Positions 19,075 to 27,979 of a stretch of DNA of 59,922 nt are shown here, piece after piece. The stretch's first letter is position 1; the number at the start of each line of letters is the position of its first letter. The stretch lies in the IMG/VR virus record IMGVR_UViG_3300032231_000003, positions 1 through 59,922 of that record. One strand, 5' to 3'. A program made the translations under genes and the position numbers. Under the pieces are notes generated by a model. It made no database searches. It saw only the letters and a list, made by a program, of their open reading frames with translations, and had not been told where the DNA came from. The DNA is from a virus (lineage: Duplodnaviria; Caudoviricetes).

Positions 19075-21168
19075 TTAAACAACAGGCGTACTTTCATCCT
19101 TCATTGTATATATCGTTATGCACCTACACCTATTTTTTGTTCCAAAACACCTAAAATTCGGTGTTTTGTAATTAATATCTCCCACTTCATGTTGTGTACC
19201 ATCTTTCGATACACACTCCACACAAACATTTTCATCTAAAATTGCTGAATAATTCGCATAGGCAACTTCATCTTTGAAACTTTCTTCATCTACATTTCGT
19301 CCCAACCCAAAAATTTCTAAAACAGAATGAAGAGAAGCTTTTTTTGCCTCAGAGTTTGTAAATTCCTGTAATCTGCTCAACACATGCTGTGTTTTCTGTT
19401 CCTTTGTAAGTCCTTGTAATCTAACTTCTAATTCAGCCAAAGATGCACTGTTTTTTGTTCTGGTCAACAATACCTCTGTTACAGCTTTTGCTTTATTTTT
19501 TATATATTCTAATGCTTCTTTTTCATCAACACTTCTTTTCTCAAAAACAGGAAGTAAATCTGGACGTTGTTTTAGTATCTCTTTCTTTACTTCCTGTTTT
19601 CCCTGTTTAAATAAGTCTAGTAATTCACCTTCTATTAAAGCAGAAAGTTCTTTTTCCCCTGTGAGCTCTGCTTTGCCAGTGTTTTCTACAATATCTTTTG
19701 CAAGCTTCTCTATTTTCCCTTTTTGAAATTTATCTATTATTTCATTGAGAGTTTTTTCAGCTTCTTTTGTCTTTTTATTTATTTCATTCAAAGAAATTGT
19801 TTGCTCATGAGGAAACAACTCCCTCCAAAAACCTGATTCTCTGTCCGAAAGTTTTTTTGTTTCTTCTTTCTGTTTCTGATCATCTGCCACAGGCACCCCA
19901 ACACCTTCTTTTTCCTCATCAGAAACATTTCTGTCCACAGAACGTGCTTTGGGAAGATTCCCCACAGACCGCACATGCTTTTCCAACTCAACATCTGGTG
20001 TTATTATTCCATTCTGTACCAGGCTTACCAAAGAATCAGACAAATCTTTTAGTTTAATAAGAGAAATTTTGCTGGCATTTAAACTAGGATATCCCTTTAC
20101 TTCAAAATTGTAATCAACCAACGGTCTTACAACTTGTTTATTCACCACATCTTCTATGTAATTTGCTGTGGCCTGTACTGAAAAAAGGAACATATCTTGG
20201 AAAGAACTTCCTAATGACCTTGACCCCGATCCTGTTGTTCCTAAGTTTATGAACTGTGCCAGTACGTTCTTCGCTATTTCTTCGTTATGGTGCTTTATTG
20301 ATGGCATAATATCCGTTCCTACAGACGAGCCCCCCGTGGCAGTCATTTGCAGCAAACCCACCTTAAAACCAAAGGGGGTTATCACATACCCCTGCTGGTG
20401 TCCTCTTAGACCTTTCCCTAAATCTCTCGCCTTATCCATATCCCCAGGAGAAGCAAGCTCAGGTAGTTGTATTTCAGGAATACCAAGACCAAAACGCTCA
20501 TGCTTCATGGCATCTATTCTATACAACTTGTCTTTTATGTACCAATGTTTATAAGCCGTTCTAAGAACAGAAACCCCCACAAAATTACTACCCTCCTGGG
20601 CATGAGTGAAACGCACTAAATTTTTAACAGGGATGTCATTCTCAATCATTTTGTTGTCTGAGTAAAATCTTTGGGTAACACTCAATAACTCATTTTTTGC
20701 ATCCACATTCCACTTAAAAATGGATTTAGGAAGACGCGGTAACAAATTATTTATAACCCACTTTCCATCTTTTTCTTTGTACTCTTTTTCAAACAACATA
20801 AACCCAAAAGACAGAAACAACAAAGACTGTCTGAGAAAGTCTGTCCAACCTATTTTCATGTCTTCCAATAGATTTTTTGAAACAAAAGCACTGATCTCTT
20901 TATCTAAATTGGAATCAGAATAAGGCTCTAATTCCCAAGTGGCCTGTAACAAAGGCAAAAGAATTGCTAACAAAGTGGCATTTACCTGCGCGTCTGTTTT
21001 TCTCATTTTATCATAAACAACTAACCCCTCTTCCCCTTCAAGTGCAGGGTTAAATTCCTCTCCTGTGATAAAACCTGAAAAAATGGAAGTACCGGTTCCA
21101 CCAAAAGTTTTTAGTATGGGTTTCTCTCTTTTCTCTCTTTTATTTCTTATAAACTTTTTTTGTGCCAT
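19075..21168 (-). CDS. Portal protein (Mu gp29/DUF935-like) fused to a MuF/gp30-like minor head domain
   Basis: G.SVLRTAYKHW, ERFGLGIP, GSRSLG motifs; C-terminal SAILDENVCVEC..CRC. Confidence 0.88.
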   Translation of the reverse strand: MAQKKFIRNKREKREKPILKTFGGTGTSIFSGFITGEEFNPALEGEEGLVVYDKMRKTDAQVNATLLAILLPLLQATWELEPYSDSNLDKEISAFVSKNLLEDMKIGWTDFLRQSLLFLSFGFMLFEKEYKEKDGKWVINNLLPRLPKSIFKWNVDAKNELLSVTQRFYSDNKMIENDIPVKNLVRFTHAQEGSNFVGVSVLRTAYKHWYIKDKLYRIDAMKHERFGLGIPEIQLPELASPGDMDKARDLGKGLRGHQQGYVITPFGFKVGLLQMTATGGSSVGTDIMPSIKHHNEEIAKNVLAQFINLGTTGSGSRSLGSSFQDMFLFSVQATANYIEDVVNKQVVRPLVDYNFEVKGYPSLNASKISLIKLKDLSDSLVSLVQNGIITPDVELEKHVRSVGNLPKARSVDRNVSDEEKEGVGVPVADDQKQKEETKKLSDRESGFWRELFPHEQTISLNEINKKTKEAEKTLNEIIDKFQKGKIEKLAKDIVENTGKAELTGEKELSALIEGELLDLFKQGKQEVKKEILKQRPDLLPVFEKRSVDEKEALEYIKNKAKAVTEVLLTRTKNSASLAELEVRLQGLTKEQKTQHVLSRLQEFTNSEAKKASLHSVLEIFGLGRNVDEESFKDEVAYANYSAILDENVCVECVSKDGTQHEVGDINYKTPNFRCFGTKNRCRCITIYTMKDESTPVV

Positions 21169-22619
21169 CAGAATTGTTTTTCCATTAAGTTGTACATTTC
21201 AAGATCCTCTTCCTGCGTTTCAGGTACTTCCAAATTCTGCCTGAACATCATCTGAGAAGCTTGGGTAAACCCCTTACTCGCAGCATCAACCCAATCGTCA
21301 TGTCCTCCATCAGGATAAAGAGACAATTCATCCAAAAAAGATTCCACATAATGTGTCCGAATCACACGACAAAGACCGTTTTCCGCTGCCGCACTTAAAA
21401 CCCCCGCCTGAATACTTTTATTTATCTTACTCTTAATTCCTCTTACTATGTAGCCAGGAAGTACTTTTCTTTGGTAATTTTCCGTATTAGCTTTTCCACT
21501 CGCCCCAGGCTCTTCCTCAAAAAAAACAGGAATACTGACACCATCCAACTTAGCTACCGCTTGTACTTTTCTTTCCACATTTAAAGGAGTTTTTCGTAAC
21601 CTCACATCCGGTTTGAAATAATATATTCCAGAATGAGATAGGTAAATTTTTACACCAGCCGTATAATCCGGATCTCTGTTCTTTTTACTCTTTTCTGTTG
21701 CCGCCAAATCATAAAAGCGACAAATATAAGCCGTATCTTTTTTACCAGGAGGGTTGTCCACTATCGGAAACCACGCTTCCTCAAACATACGCCCTTTTGC
21801 TTTTATATTCCAGTCACCCTCAGCCATTTGTTTCCGCAAAATAAGGTCTTCTATCCGATTTATCCTATCCCTGTAATCCTTAGTATCCAGTCCAGGATTA
21901 TCTTCCACAGAAGCAGGAATAAATACTGTTTTTTTATCTCTTGTTCTTGGATTTATATATTTTTCATACACCCAAGAACCTCTTTCTACCTGCTCTCTCG
22001 TAGGAGGGTTACTTGTCGCCCTAAAACGAATAGGCAGAAATTTATGTTTCAATAAACGTCTCATCCTGAGACTAATCAAATAATTAATTTGGTTTTGTCG
22101 TAGCTGTACCAACTCATCTGCACCAATAAACTGATATGCTGGCCCCTGATAATTAAAATGATCCATAGGCCCATCCAAATATCCAAACCCCAAAGTAGAA
22201 CCTGTACTAAAATGCCAAACTTTAGTATCCCCATCCCAACGCACCAAGTGTTTCAAGCTCTTAAACCACTCATGAGACTTTGTCAACAAACCCTCGGGCT
22301 TACTCAGATTAGAAGTAGTATCCCTCAACAAAAGAGCATTATACCCAGGGATATCCACCCATTGAAGCGCAGCCATCAACAAAGCACCACTCTTCCCACC
22401 CCCAGGCTGACCACCATAAAAAACTTCTTCCACATCATCACATAACAAAAAAGCCGTCTGCTTAGGTGACGGTAGATGATCCTTCGGAATAAACTGCCGT
22501 GTGTATTCGTTCGACAAAACACGCGGCAGTGTCGGCATCTTATAAATTTCAGACAGAGTATTCTTTTTACCCGTCTTATTCTTGATTGATCGTCTCAACT
22601 GCTTCACACGTAACCTCAA
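21168..22619 (-). CDS. terL: Terminase large subunit
   Basis: Walker A GGQPGGGKS, Walker B ADEL, TSNP, nuclease motifs YDLA and HDDWVDA. Confidence 0.95.
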   Translation of the reverse strand: MRLRVKQLRRSIKNKTGKKNTLSEIYKMPTLPRVLSNEYTRQFIPKDHLPSPKQTAFLLCDDVEEVFYGGQPGGGKSGALLMAALQWVDIPGYNALLLRDTTSNLSKPEGLLTKSHEWFKSLKHLVRWDGDTKVWHFSTGSTLGFGYLDGPMDHFNYQGPAYQFIGADELVQLRQNQINYLISLRMRRLLKHKFLPIRFRATSNPPTREQVERGSWVYEKYINPRTRDKKTVFIPASVEDNPGLDTKDYRDRINRIEDLILRKQMAEGDWNIKAKGRMFEEAWFPIVDNPPGKKDTAYICRFYDLAATEKSKKNRDPDYTAGVKIYLSHSGIYYFKPDVRLRKTPLNVERKVQAVAKLDGVSIPVFFEEEPGASGKANTENYQRKVLPGYIVRGIKSKINKSIQAGVLSAAAENGLCRVIRTHYVESFLDELSLYPDGGHDDWVDAASKGFTQASQMMFRQNLEVPETQEEDLEMYNLMEKQF

Positions 22620-23217
22620 TAGGGGCTTCTAAATCTTTTCTGGTTTGACTTAAAATTTTCAAAACTTCTTGCCAAGCACCTGTTTCTTTTTTCAACTTCT
22701 TAATAATTTCGTCATTCACGTAATTATCATCTATCGTGTGAACTTCTCTCTTTTCAGCCCACCTCTCAGGATCACGATTGGTCAGAAGTAGCTTAATAGC
22801 CGATAAGTCAGGAGGAATGTGTTTTTGCACAATCTTCTTACTGGCATATAACTTATCCTTACCAAAAAAAGTAGTTTCCTCTTTGTAGGTATATCCCAAA
22901 GCCCTTTTTAATAATTTCTTCTCTACCCTTTTTACAGTGAAATTATCAACCCCAATAGCTATAGAATCTTTAAAGGCAGGATATTTTTTTATCCAACAAG
23001 ATATTACATTTTCAGAAACGCCAAACGTCTTGGCAAGCTCCTTCTTATTAGCTCCAAAATAAGTACACACATTGCGAGCAACAATGCTAAAAGACGGATT
23101 GTATAAAGTAGTCCCATGCTTATAATCATCAAGTTCCCTCAAAGACACCAACTGCATTTCTACGTCCGTGTTTCTGGTGCTTGCTCTATTTCTTCTTTTA
23201 TTCTCTATTTTGCCCAT
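22576..23217 (-). CDS. terS: Terminase small subunit
   Basis: HTH (ELAKTFGVSENVISCW), LLKRALGY..PPD..AI..LL.NR.PE.W; directly upstream of terL; ATG 23217 preferred as start. Confidence 0.8.
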   Translation of the reverse strand: MGKIENKRRNRASTRNTDVEMQLVSLRELDDYKHGTTLYNPSFSIVARNVCTYFGANKKELAKTFGVSENVISCWIKKYPAFKDSIAIGVDNFTVKRVEKKLLKRALGYTYKEETTFFGKDKLYASKKIVQKHIPPDLSAIKLLLTNRDPERWAEKREVHTIDDNYVNDEIIKKLKKETGAWQEVLKILSQTRKDLEAPIEVTCEAVETINQE

Positions 23218-23946
23218 GCCTATTAAAACCCCTTTTATTTTAAATAACATTAAAACAGCACTTTGTAAACCCCTTTGTTCATTCTGTTCTTTTGTTACCA
23301 GAGGCAAACACAGACACATAAATATTGCATGGGGGGTGTAACTGTAATCATTTTTTGGGTGATTTCTGAAAAGTTCAAAAATTGGGGAGGGGGTTTGCCA
23401 TACCTCCATAGGGGGGGTACCTGATAAATAAAAACAAGATAATTTATTTTTTTAAACAAACCACCTTCCAACCACAAAGCAACACAACACCCTCTTACCT
23501 ACCTTCGTATTCATTCTTAGCGTTCCTCTCCGCTTGTTCTACAGCACACAAATGTAATAACAATCCCCTGCCATGTTCAGAAAATTACAGCCCCTTAAAA
23601 ACGCTGTATGTAATTTCAGTTTTTCTTTCCTTGAGCAGGAATTACAAATACAAAATTACAACTATTCTTATTACAGCTTTCTTCCCTTCTTTTATTCTGT
23701 AATTTCGTTTCTTATTCTCTTTCGTAATTTATCTTTGTAATTACTTTTTATTTCAGTATTAATGTGGGGCAAAAAATAGTACTTTTTTATCCACACCCCC
23801 CTTTTGTAATTTTACTTAATTGTTTTTTATTCAGACTTTGTGTGTTCTTTCTGTAATTACTTTAGTTTTTCGTTCTGTGGCTGCTCTCATATGCCAACTT
23901 GAACAAAAAAAATAGCTAAAAAAACGCATGTAATAATGCTATAAAA

Positions 23947-23980
23947 AAAGGGAACTCAATCCTTCGGGTTCCCCTTTGTT
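23947..23980. terminator. Possible bidirectional intrinsic terminator
   Basis: AAAGGGAAC...GTTCCCCTTT stem flanked by A and T runs. Confidence 0.5.
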
Positions 23981-24339
23981 CTATACTGTTATGGGCTTTG
24001 GGAGTGGGTTGTAATTACAAGTGCTTTTTTGTTGTAAAATTACAGAATAATCCCCCTCCCAAACCTGTAATTAATCTCACCACCCTATTTCATCACAAAT
24101 TACAACCAAACCCCTCACAAAACCACCCCTAAAACAGCCTGTAATTACACACGCTACACAGTCTACACAATCCCATACAAAACCCTACCTATCTATACAT
24201 ACTCCTATACCTACTCACTCTATTATATTACCTCTATATATACATACTTGCTTATACACACTTTGTTTGCTTTGTTTTTCTTTTTTCTCTTTCTTTTTCA
24301 TATAGTTACATTTTTCTGTAATTTTCTCTATGTTTGTGC

Positions 24340-24368
24340 TTGACTCTTCCTATAATTAGTCCTACAAT
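24340..24368 (+). promoter_or_regulatory. Sigma70-type early promoter
   Basis: TTGACT-17bp-TACAAT. Confidence 0.65.
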
Positions 24369-24498
24369 ACACTTACAAAACAATTACAGATTAATTACAT
24401 TCTCTTTTGGTTTCTGTTTTTTGCTTGGATTTTTCCACTGTAATTACAAAGCACTTTTTTAAGGTTTTTTCTCTTGAAATAAAATTATAAAAAAGTGC

Positions 24499-24527
24499 TT
24501 GACATTGTATACAATGTTTCGTATAAT
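24499..24527 (+). promoter_or_regulatory. Consensus sigma70 early promoter with palindromic operator
   Basis: TTGACA-17bp-TATAAT, A-rich UP region, perfect palindrome ACATTGTATACAATGT at 24502-24517. Confidence 0.9.
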
Positions 24528-24575
24528 ACAAATATAGGGTAGTTAATTACAGTTTATTTAAAAGGAATTTTAATT

Positions 24576-24872
24576 ATGTGTTTTTCTTCCAGTGCTTTCA
24601 TGGTTCGTGAAAAAGAAGTACAGGCTGTAATAAACAGCGGTGAATACAATTTTCTTTCCGGTTTAAGTGTCAGTGACATGACAACAGCGGAAGTAGATTT
24701 TTTACACCATCTTGTTTCCTCGGAGCTTATAGAAAAAGCAAATACTCTTGATATAGCCTTTTACGATTTGAAAGATATTTGTTTTGATTTTACCCCTGCA
24801 AACCGTTGTACAGAAAAGGACGTAAAAAACGTTATAAAATCTCTCTCAAACTATTTAAACAAGAAATTATAA
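24576..24872 (+). CDS. Hypothetical early protein
   Basis: First ORF after the promoter; AAAGGA RBS. Confidence 0.7.
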   Translation: MCFSSSAFMVREKEVQAVINSGEYNFLSGLSVSDMTTAEVDFLHHLVSSELIEKANTLDIAFYDLKDICFDFTPANRCTEKDVKNVIKSLSNYLNKKL

Positions 24873-24880
24873 AAAGGAGT
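24860..24880 (+). repeat. Start-associated 21-bp repeat, copy 1
   Basis: CAAGAAATTATAAAAAGGAGT, identical at 26070-26090. Confidence 0.85.
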
Positions 24881-24885
24881 TTTTC

Positions 24886-26067
24886 ATGAAAAATCTCACG
24901 TTCTCTGTTGGTGTCCTAGAAAAAAACCTTGGTTCCTTTCTAAGGAAATGTGAAAAAATAAAGAGAATCTGTGTTTCTAAGTTGGGTGTGGCTTTTTCCA
25001 TTGCTGAATCCTCCTGTGTAAAAAAAGTGTGCGTGTATCAATCCTCTTTTTTCACAAACTGCATTAGGTTACAGAATTATTATACGTACACGGTGTCTTG
25101 TTCTACCAACCTTCCTGTACAAAAAGACGTGTCTTTTATTGGCATGTCCGTTGTTTCTGATGGAGTGAAACAAGTGTTTACCCAAAAAAAATATAAAGAA
25201 GAATTTCTGCTAAGCAATGAAATTCCACGCTGCGATTGCTGCGGTGTAGATAGATACCGCACAAAACACTTCTTTTTTCTCCGAAATAACGTTTTGGAAT
25301 GTATTGGTTCCTCTTGCGTTGAATCCTATTTTGGTATTGATTTGCGTGTTCTTTTGAGCATGATCAGTTTTGAAGATTCTTTTGAAGAGGAAGAAGAAAA
25401 AGAAAACCACAAAATAACTAGTGGTTTTTATCTAGTTGATGTTCTTGCAGTTGTGTTGTTCAAACTTCGTGGCGGAGATTGGACAAAAAACCTGGTGCAA
25501 AACTCCCTCGTGCCCCTTCTTTTTCCAACAACAAAGGGAGAGATTCAAGAAAAAGAAAATTTCCTGCGCTATATAAAAGAAAAAAGCGGCGAGCCTTTCT
25601 TGCAAAACGTCCTTTCTGATATAGAAAGAAAAGCGGTCAAATTTTCTCCTAAAACAGATTTCGATTACAACATGAAAGCGGTTTTACTGGATGATTCTAA
25701 TAAAATCCGCGATTATGTTTCTAGCAAAGAAAACATGGTCGCGTACGCTCTGCATTTTTTTATGAAAAAGGAAAAAGCCCCTTCCAAAACAATACAAAAA
25801 GGGGACTTTGTTGGGGCTGTCGGCGACAAAATTACAATGAAGGCCACCATTGTAAACACAAAGATGATAGCAACGCCATATGGTGAAACAATGTTGGTTT
25901 CTTTTGTGGACACAAACAACAATAACCTCTCTTGGTTTAAAAGCTCTTTTTCGGAAGAGTTTAGCCAGCACGGGCAAGTTGTGACCATAAAGGCCGCCGT
26001 GAAAAAACACGATATATTTAACAAAAAAAGAGTGACCTACCTTACGCGCGTGAAAATTTGTGCTTAA
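24886..26067 (+). CDS. Early protein with Cys cluster and C-terminal OB-fold-like domain
   Basis: CDCC..R.R..CIGSSC; FVGAVGDKI..VTIKAAVKKH..TYLTRVK. Confidence 0.7.
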   Translation: MKNLTFSVGVLEKNLGSFLRKCEKIKRICVSKLGVAFSIAESSCVKKVCVYQSSFFTNCIRLQNYYTYTVSCSTNLPVQKDVSFIGMSVVSDGVKQVFTQKKYKEEFLLSNEIPRCDCCGVDRYRTKHFFFLRNNVLECIGSSCVESYFGIDLRVLLSMISFEDSFEEEEEKENHKITSGFYLVDVLAVVLFKLRGGDWTKNLVQNSLVPLLFPTTKGEIQEKENFLRYIKEKSGEPFLQNVLSDIERKAVKFSPKTDFDYNMKAVLLDDSNKIRDYVSSKENMVAYALHFFMKKEKAPSKTIQKGDFVGAVGDKITMKATIVNTKMIATPYGETMLVSFVDTNNNNLSWFKSSFSEEFSQHGQVVTIKAAVKKHDIFNKKRVTYLTRVKICA

Positions 26068-26069
26068 AC

Positions 26070-26090
26070 CAAGAAATTATAAAAAGGAGT
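26070..26090 (+). repeat. Start-associated 21-bp repeat, copy 2
   Basis: Identical to 24860-24880. Confidence 0.85.
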
Positions 26091-26096
26091 AATAAG

Positions 26097-26519
26097 ATGA
26101 AAGTAAAGATAACCGACAACCTTATAATGCTAAGTTTGAAGCTAACCGCAGCCCAACAAAGGGCTACGGAGAGAATTGTAACGCCTCAGAAAATAGCGGA
26201 AATTGTAAAAAAGACGGAAGAATACCTTGAGACTATCTGCCTACCTAAGAAACACTGGACTGGCACAGTTGTTGAGTATATAGAACGCGTGAACTGCGAC
26301 AACTACGGGAAGAAAGGCTCGTACAGAGCCCCCAGTACGAAAGTTGTAATAGAGAAAGGGCGCACCTGTTGGTTCCTGACAGAATGCGAACGACTCCACT
26401 TCCCTACGGGGAAGACGAAAGATAAAGATGCGAACCTTTATCTAACAACAGAGGCAGAGGAATTCTTAAAAAGGAAGTATATAAGAAACATAGAAAGCGA
26501 ATTTTTCGCAAGGGATTAA
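26097..26519 (+). CDS. Hypothetical early protein
   Basis: ATG 26097 after an AAGGAG RBS. Confidence 0.72.
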   Translation: MKVKITDNLIMLSLKLTAAQQRATERIVTPQKIAEIVKKTEEYLETICLPKKHWTGTVVEYIERVNCDNYGKKGSYRAPSTKVVIEKGRTCWFLTECERLHFPTGKTKDKDANLYLTTEAEEFLKRKYIRNIESEFFARD

Positions 26520-26532
26520 CAGCTTGCGCCGA

Positions 26533-26590
26533 CGGGTGGCAACACATGCCGCCCGATTATTACAACTATAACAATCACAGCAAAAAGGAA
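26533..26590 (+). repeat. Intergenic hairpin + RBS element, copy 1
   Basis: CGGGTGGCA-acaca-TGCCGCCCG-ATTATTACAAC...AAAAAGGA. Confidence 0.85.
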
Positions 26591-26597
26591 TTACAGA

Positions 26598-27083
26598 ATG
26601 GAACCCACAAAGATTTTTATACAAAGCTATAGAGGAAGCGTGTTTGATGGTAAATGGATAAGTCTCCCAATGGAGGAAGATGAGTTGAAAGATATTCTAC
26701 ACACCTACGATGAAAGGGAACTTTTTATTGCCGATAGCGAAGGGTTTCTTTCCTTTGATTTAAATGAAAGTGAAAACCTCGTTGAGTTAAATGAATTTCT
26801 CCTAAAATTGGAGAACTTGGACGAAGACAGCCAGCTAAAATGTAAGTTCCTACTAGAAACGCTCGTCGTACGCGACAGAGACGATGCCCTGGACAAGTAT
26901 GAAGATGTCTTTTTTTACAAAGGCATGACCTTATTAGATGTAGCACGTGACATGGTAGACTCCGGTTTTTTTGGTGACGTGAACAAGGAAATTGAAAAAT
27001 ACATCGATTTTCCCGCAATTGCAAGAGACCTTGAAATGGAGGGTTATGTTGAGACCAAAGAAGGCGTGTTTTTTTGTAATTAA
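26598..27083 (+). CDS. ardA: Antirestriction protein ArdA
   Basis: Acidic; GKWISLP, ELFIAD.E, E.ENL.ELNE, YIDF.AIARDL motifs. Confidence 0.88.
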   Translation: MEPTKIFIQSYRGSVFDGKWISLPMEEDELKDILHTYDERELFIADSEGFLSFDLNESENLVELNEFLLKLENLDEDSQLKCKFLLETLVVRDRDDALDKYEDVFFYKGMTLLDVARDMVDSGFFGDVNKEIEKYIDFPAIARDLEMEGYVETKEGVFFCN

Positions 27084-27279
27084 ACACAAGAGGGATTGGG
27101 GAGAACCCGTACATGTTGGTTACAGGTTTAAGAAAATACCCCTAGTACCTTCTGCGATTTCGACGGACGAGGATATCAATTGTGTGTTGCGTAGAACACG
27201 AGAAATTGTAGAGTCCGCTAAGGACGCCGTCAAAAGGGCTAAGTCTCTGCCCATATATAAAGAGAAAACCCTTTTCTAA
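27084..27279 (+). pseudogene. 3' remnant of a paralog of 27595..27969
   Basis: VLRRTREIVESAKDAVKRAKSLPIYKEKTLF vs VLQQARGIVKSAKAAVKAVRALPVYKEKMLF; no start codon or RBS of its own. Confidence 0.7.
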
Positions 27280-27292
27280 ACGTCCTCGCAAA

Positions 27293-27339
27293 TGGGTGGC
27301 ACACGTTGCCACCCGATTATCACAGTAACAAAAAAGGAG
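27293..27339 (+). repeat. Intergenic hairpin + RBS element, copy 2
   Basis: TGGGTGGCA-cacgt-TGCCACCCG-ATTATCACAG...AAAAAGGAG. Confidence 0.85.
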
Positions 27340-27346
27340 CAACGTA

Positions 27347-27535
27347 ATGGACATGAACACTCACATAAAAGGAAGAGACCTTAGAAAGGAAAACATGTCG
27401 GGCTTAAATTTACCTGACGTTTTCCTACAAGAGGCTAACATGACTAGCCTAAACCTTAACAGCACCAACTTCACAGGTGCTGACCTGAAAGGGGCTAATT
27501 TAGAAGGGGCTAATTTAGAAGGTGCGATAGAATAG
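27347..27535 (+). CDS. Short pentapeptide-repeat protein
   Basis: ANMTS LNLNS TNFTG ADLKG ANLEG ANLEG repeats. Confidence 0.85.
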   Translation: MDMNTHIKGRDLRKENMSGLNLPDVFLQEANMTSLNLNSTNFTGADLKGANLEGANLEGAIE

Positions 27536-27586
27536 TAGCGGTATATTCTGCCGCCCGATTTTTACACTAACCACAACAAAAAGGAG
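27536..27586 (+). repeat. Intergenic hairpin + RBS element, copy 3 (left arm partial)
   Basis: GCGGTA-tattc-TGCCGCCCG-ATTTTTACAC...AAAAAGGAG. Confidence 0.8.
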
Positions 27587-27594
27587 TATACGAC

Positions 27595-27969
27595 ATGAGC
27601 ATTTTTGAATCTGAAAAAATAATGAGCATAATAGACAAAGGTAATTTAGAAGTCTTCGGAGTTCTACAGGGCCGTACTGGAAACAGCTCACCGGAAATAC
27701 TGCGCCTCTTCATCAAGCGGGACATCTGCAATAGTGTTCATTATGACGAAAGGATACTGCTGGAGGGATTCACTCTCTGTAGTGAATGGGGTGAAAGCCT
27801 CTTCTGTAGTTCATCGGCAAATCCCTACAGGTTCGTTGACTTTTGGTTGCGTCCAGGAGACGCAGGTTGTTCCGTGTTGCAGCAAGCACGCGGGATCGTA
27901 AAGTCAGCCAAAGCCGCCGTAAAAGCGGTTAGGGCGTTGCCAGTATACAAAGAAAAAATGCTTTTCTGA
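27595..27969 (+). CDS. Hypothetical early protein
   Basis: 124 aa with RBS; paralog remnant upstream. Confidence 0.75.
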   Translation: MSIFESEKIMSIIDKGNLEVFGVLQGRTGNSSPEILRLFIKRDICNSVHYDERILLEGFTLCSEWGESLFCSSSANPYRFVDFWLRPGDAGCSVLQQARGIVKSAKAAVKAVRALPVYKEKMLF

Positions 27970-27979
27970 AAGGATACAC

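Larger units (their letters stand above)
23553..24552. repeat. Dispersed AATTACA/TGTAATT motif array in the divergent non-coding region
   Basis: About 23 GTAAT/ATTAC-core copies by manual count, in both orientations, including palindromic TGTAATTACA at ~24010, ~24140 and ~24439. Confidence 0.85.

Noticed and set aside
9264-21168. Transposable Mu-like prophage
   Set aside because: No MuA/MuB, no host flanks, and the contig closes as a circle with its own replication genes
23553-24552. CRISPR array or tRNA cluster in the non-coding region
   Set aside because: Repeats are only 6-12 bp and irregularly spaced, and no cloverleaf or T-loop motifs were seen
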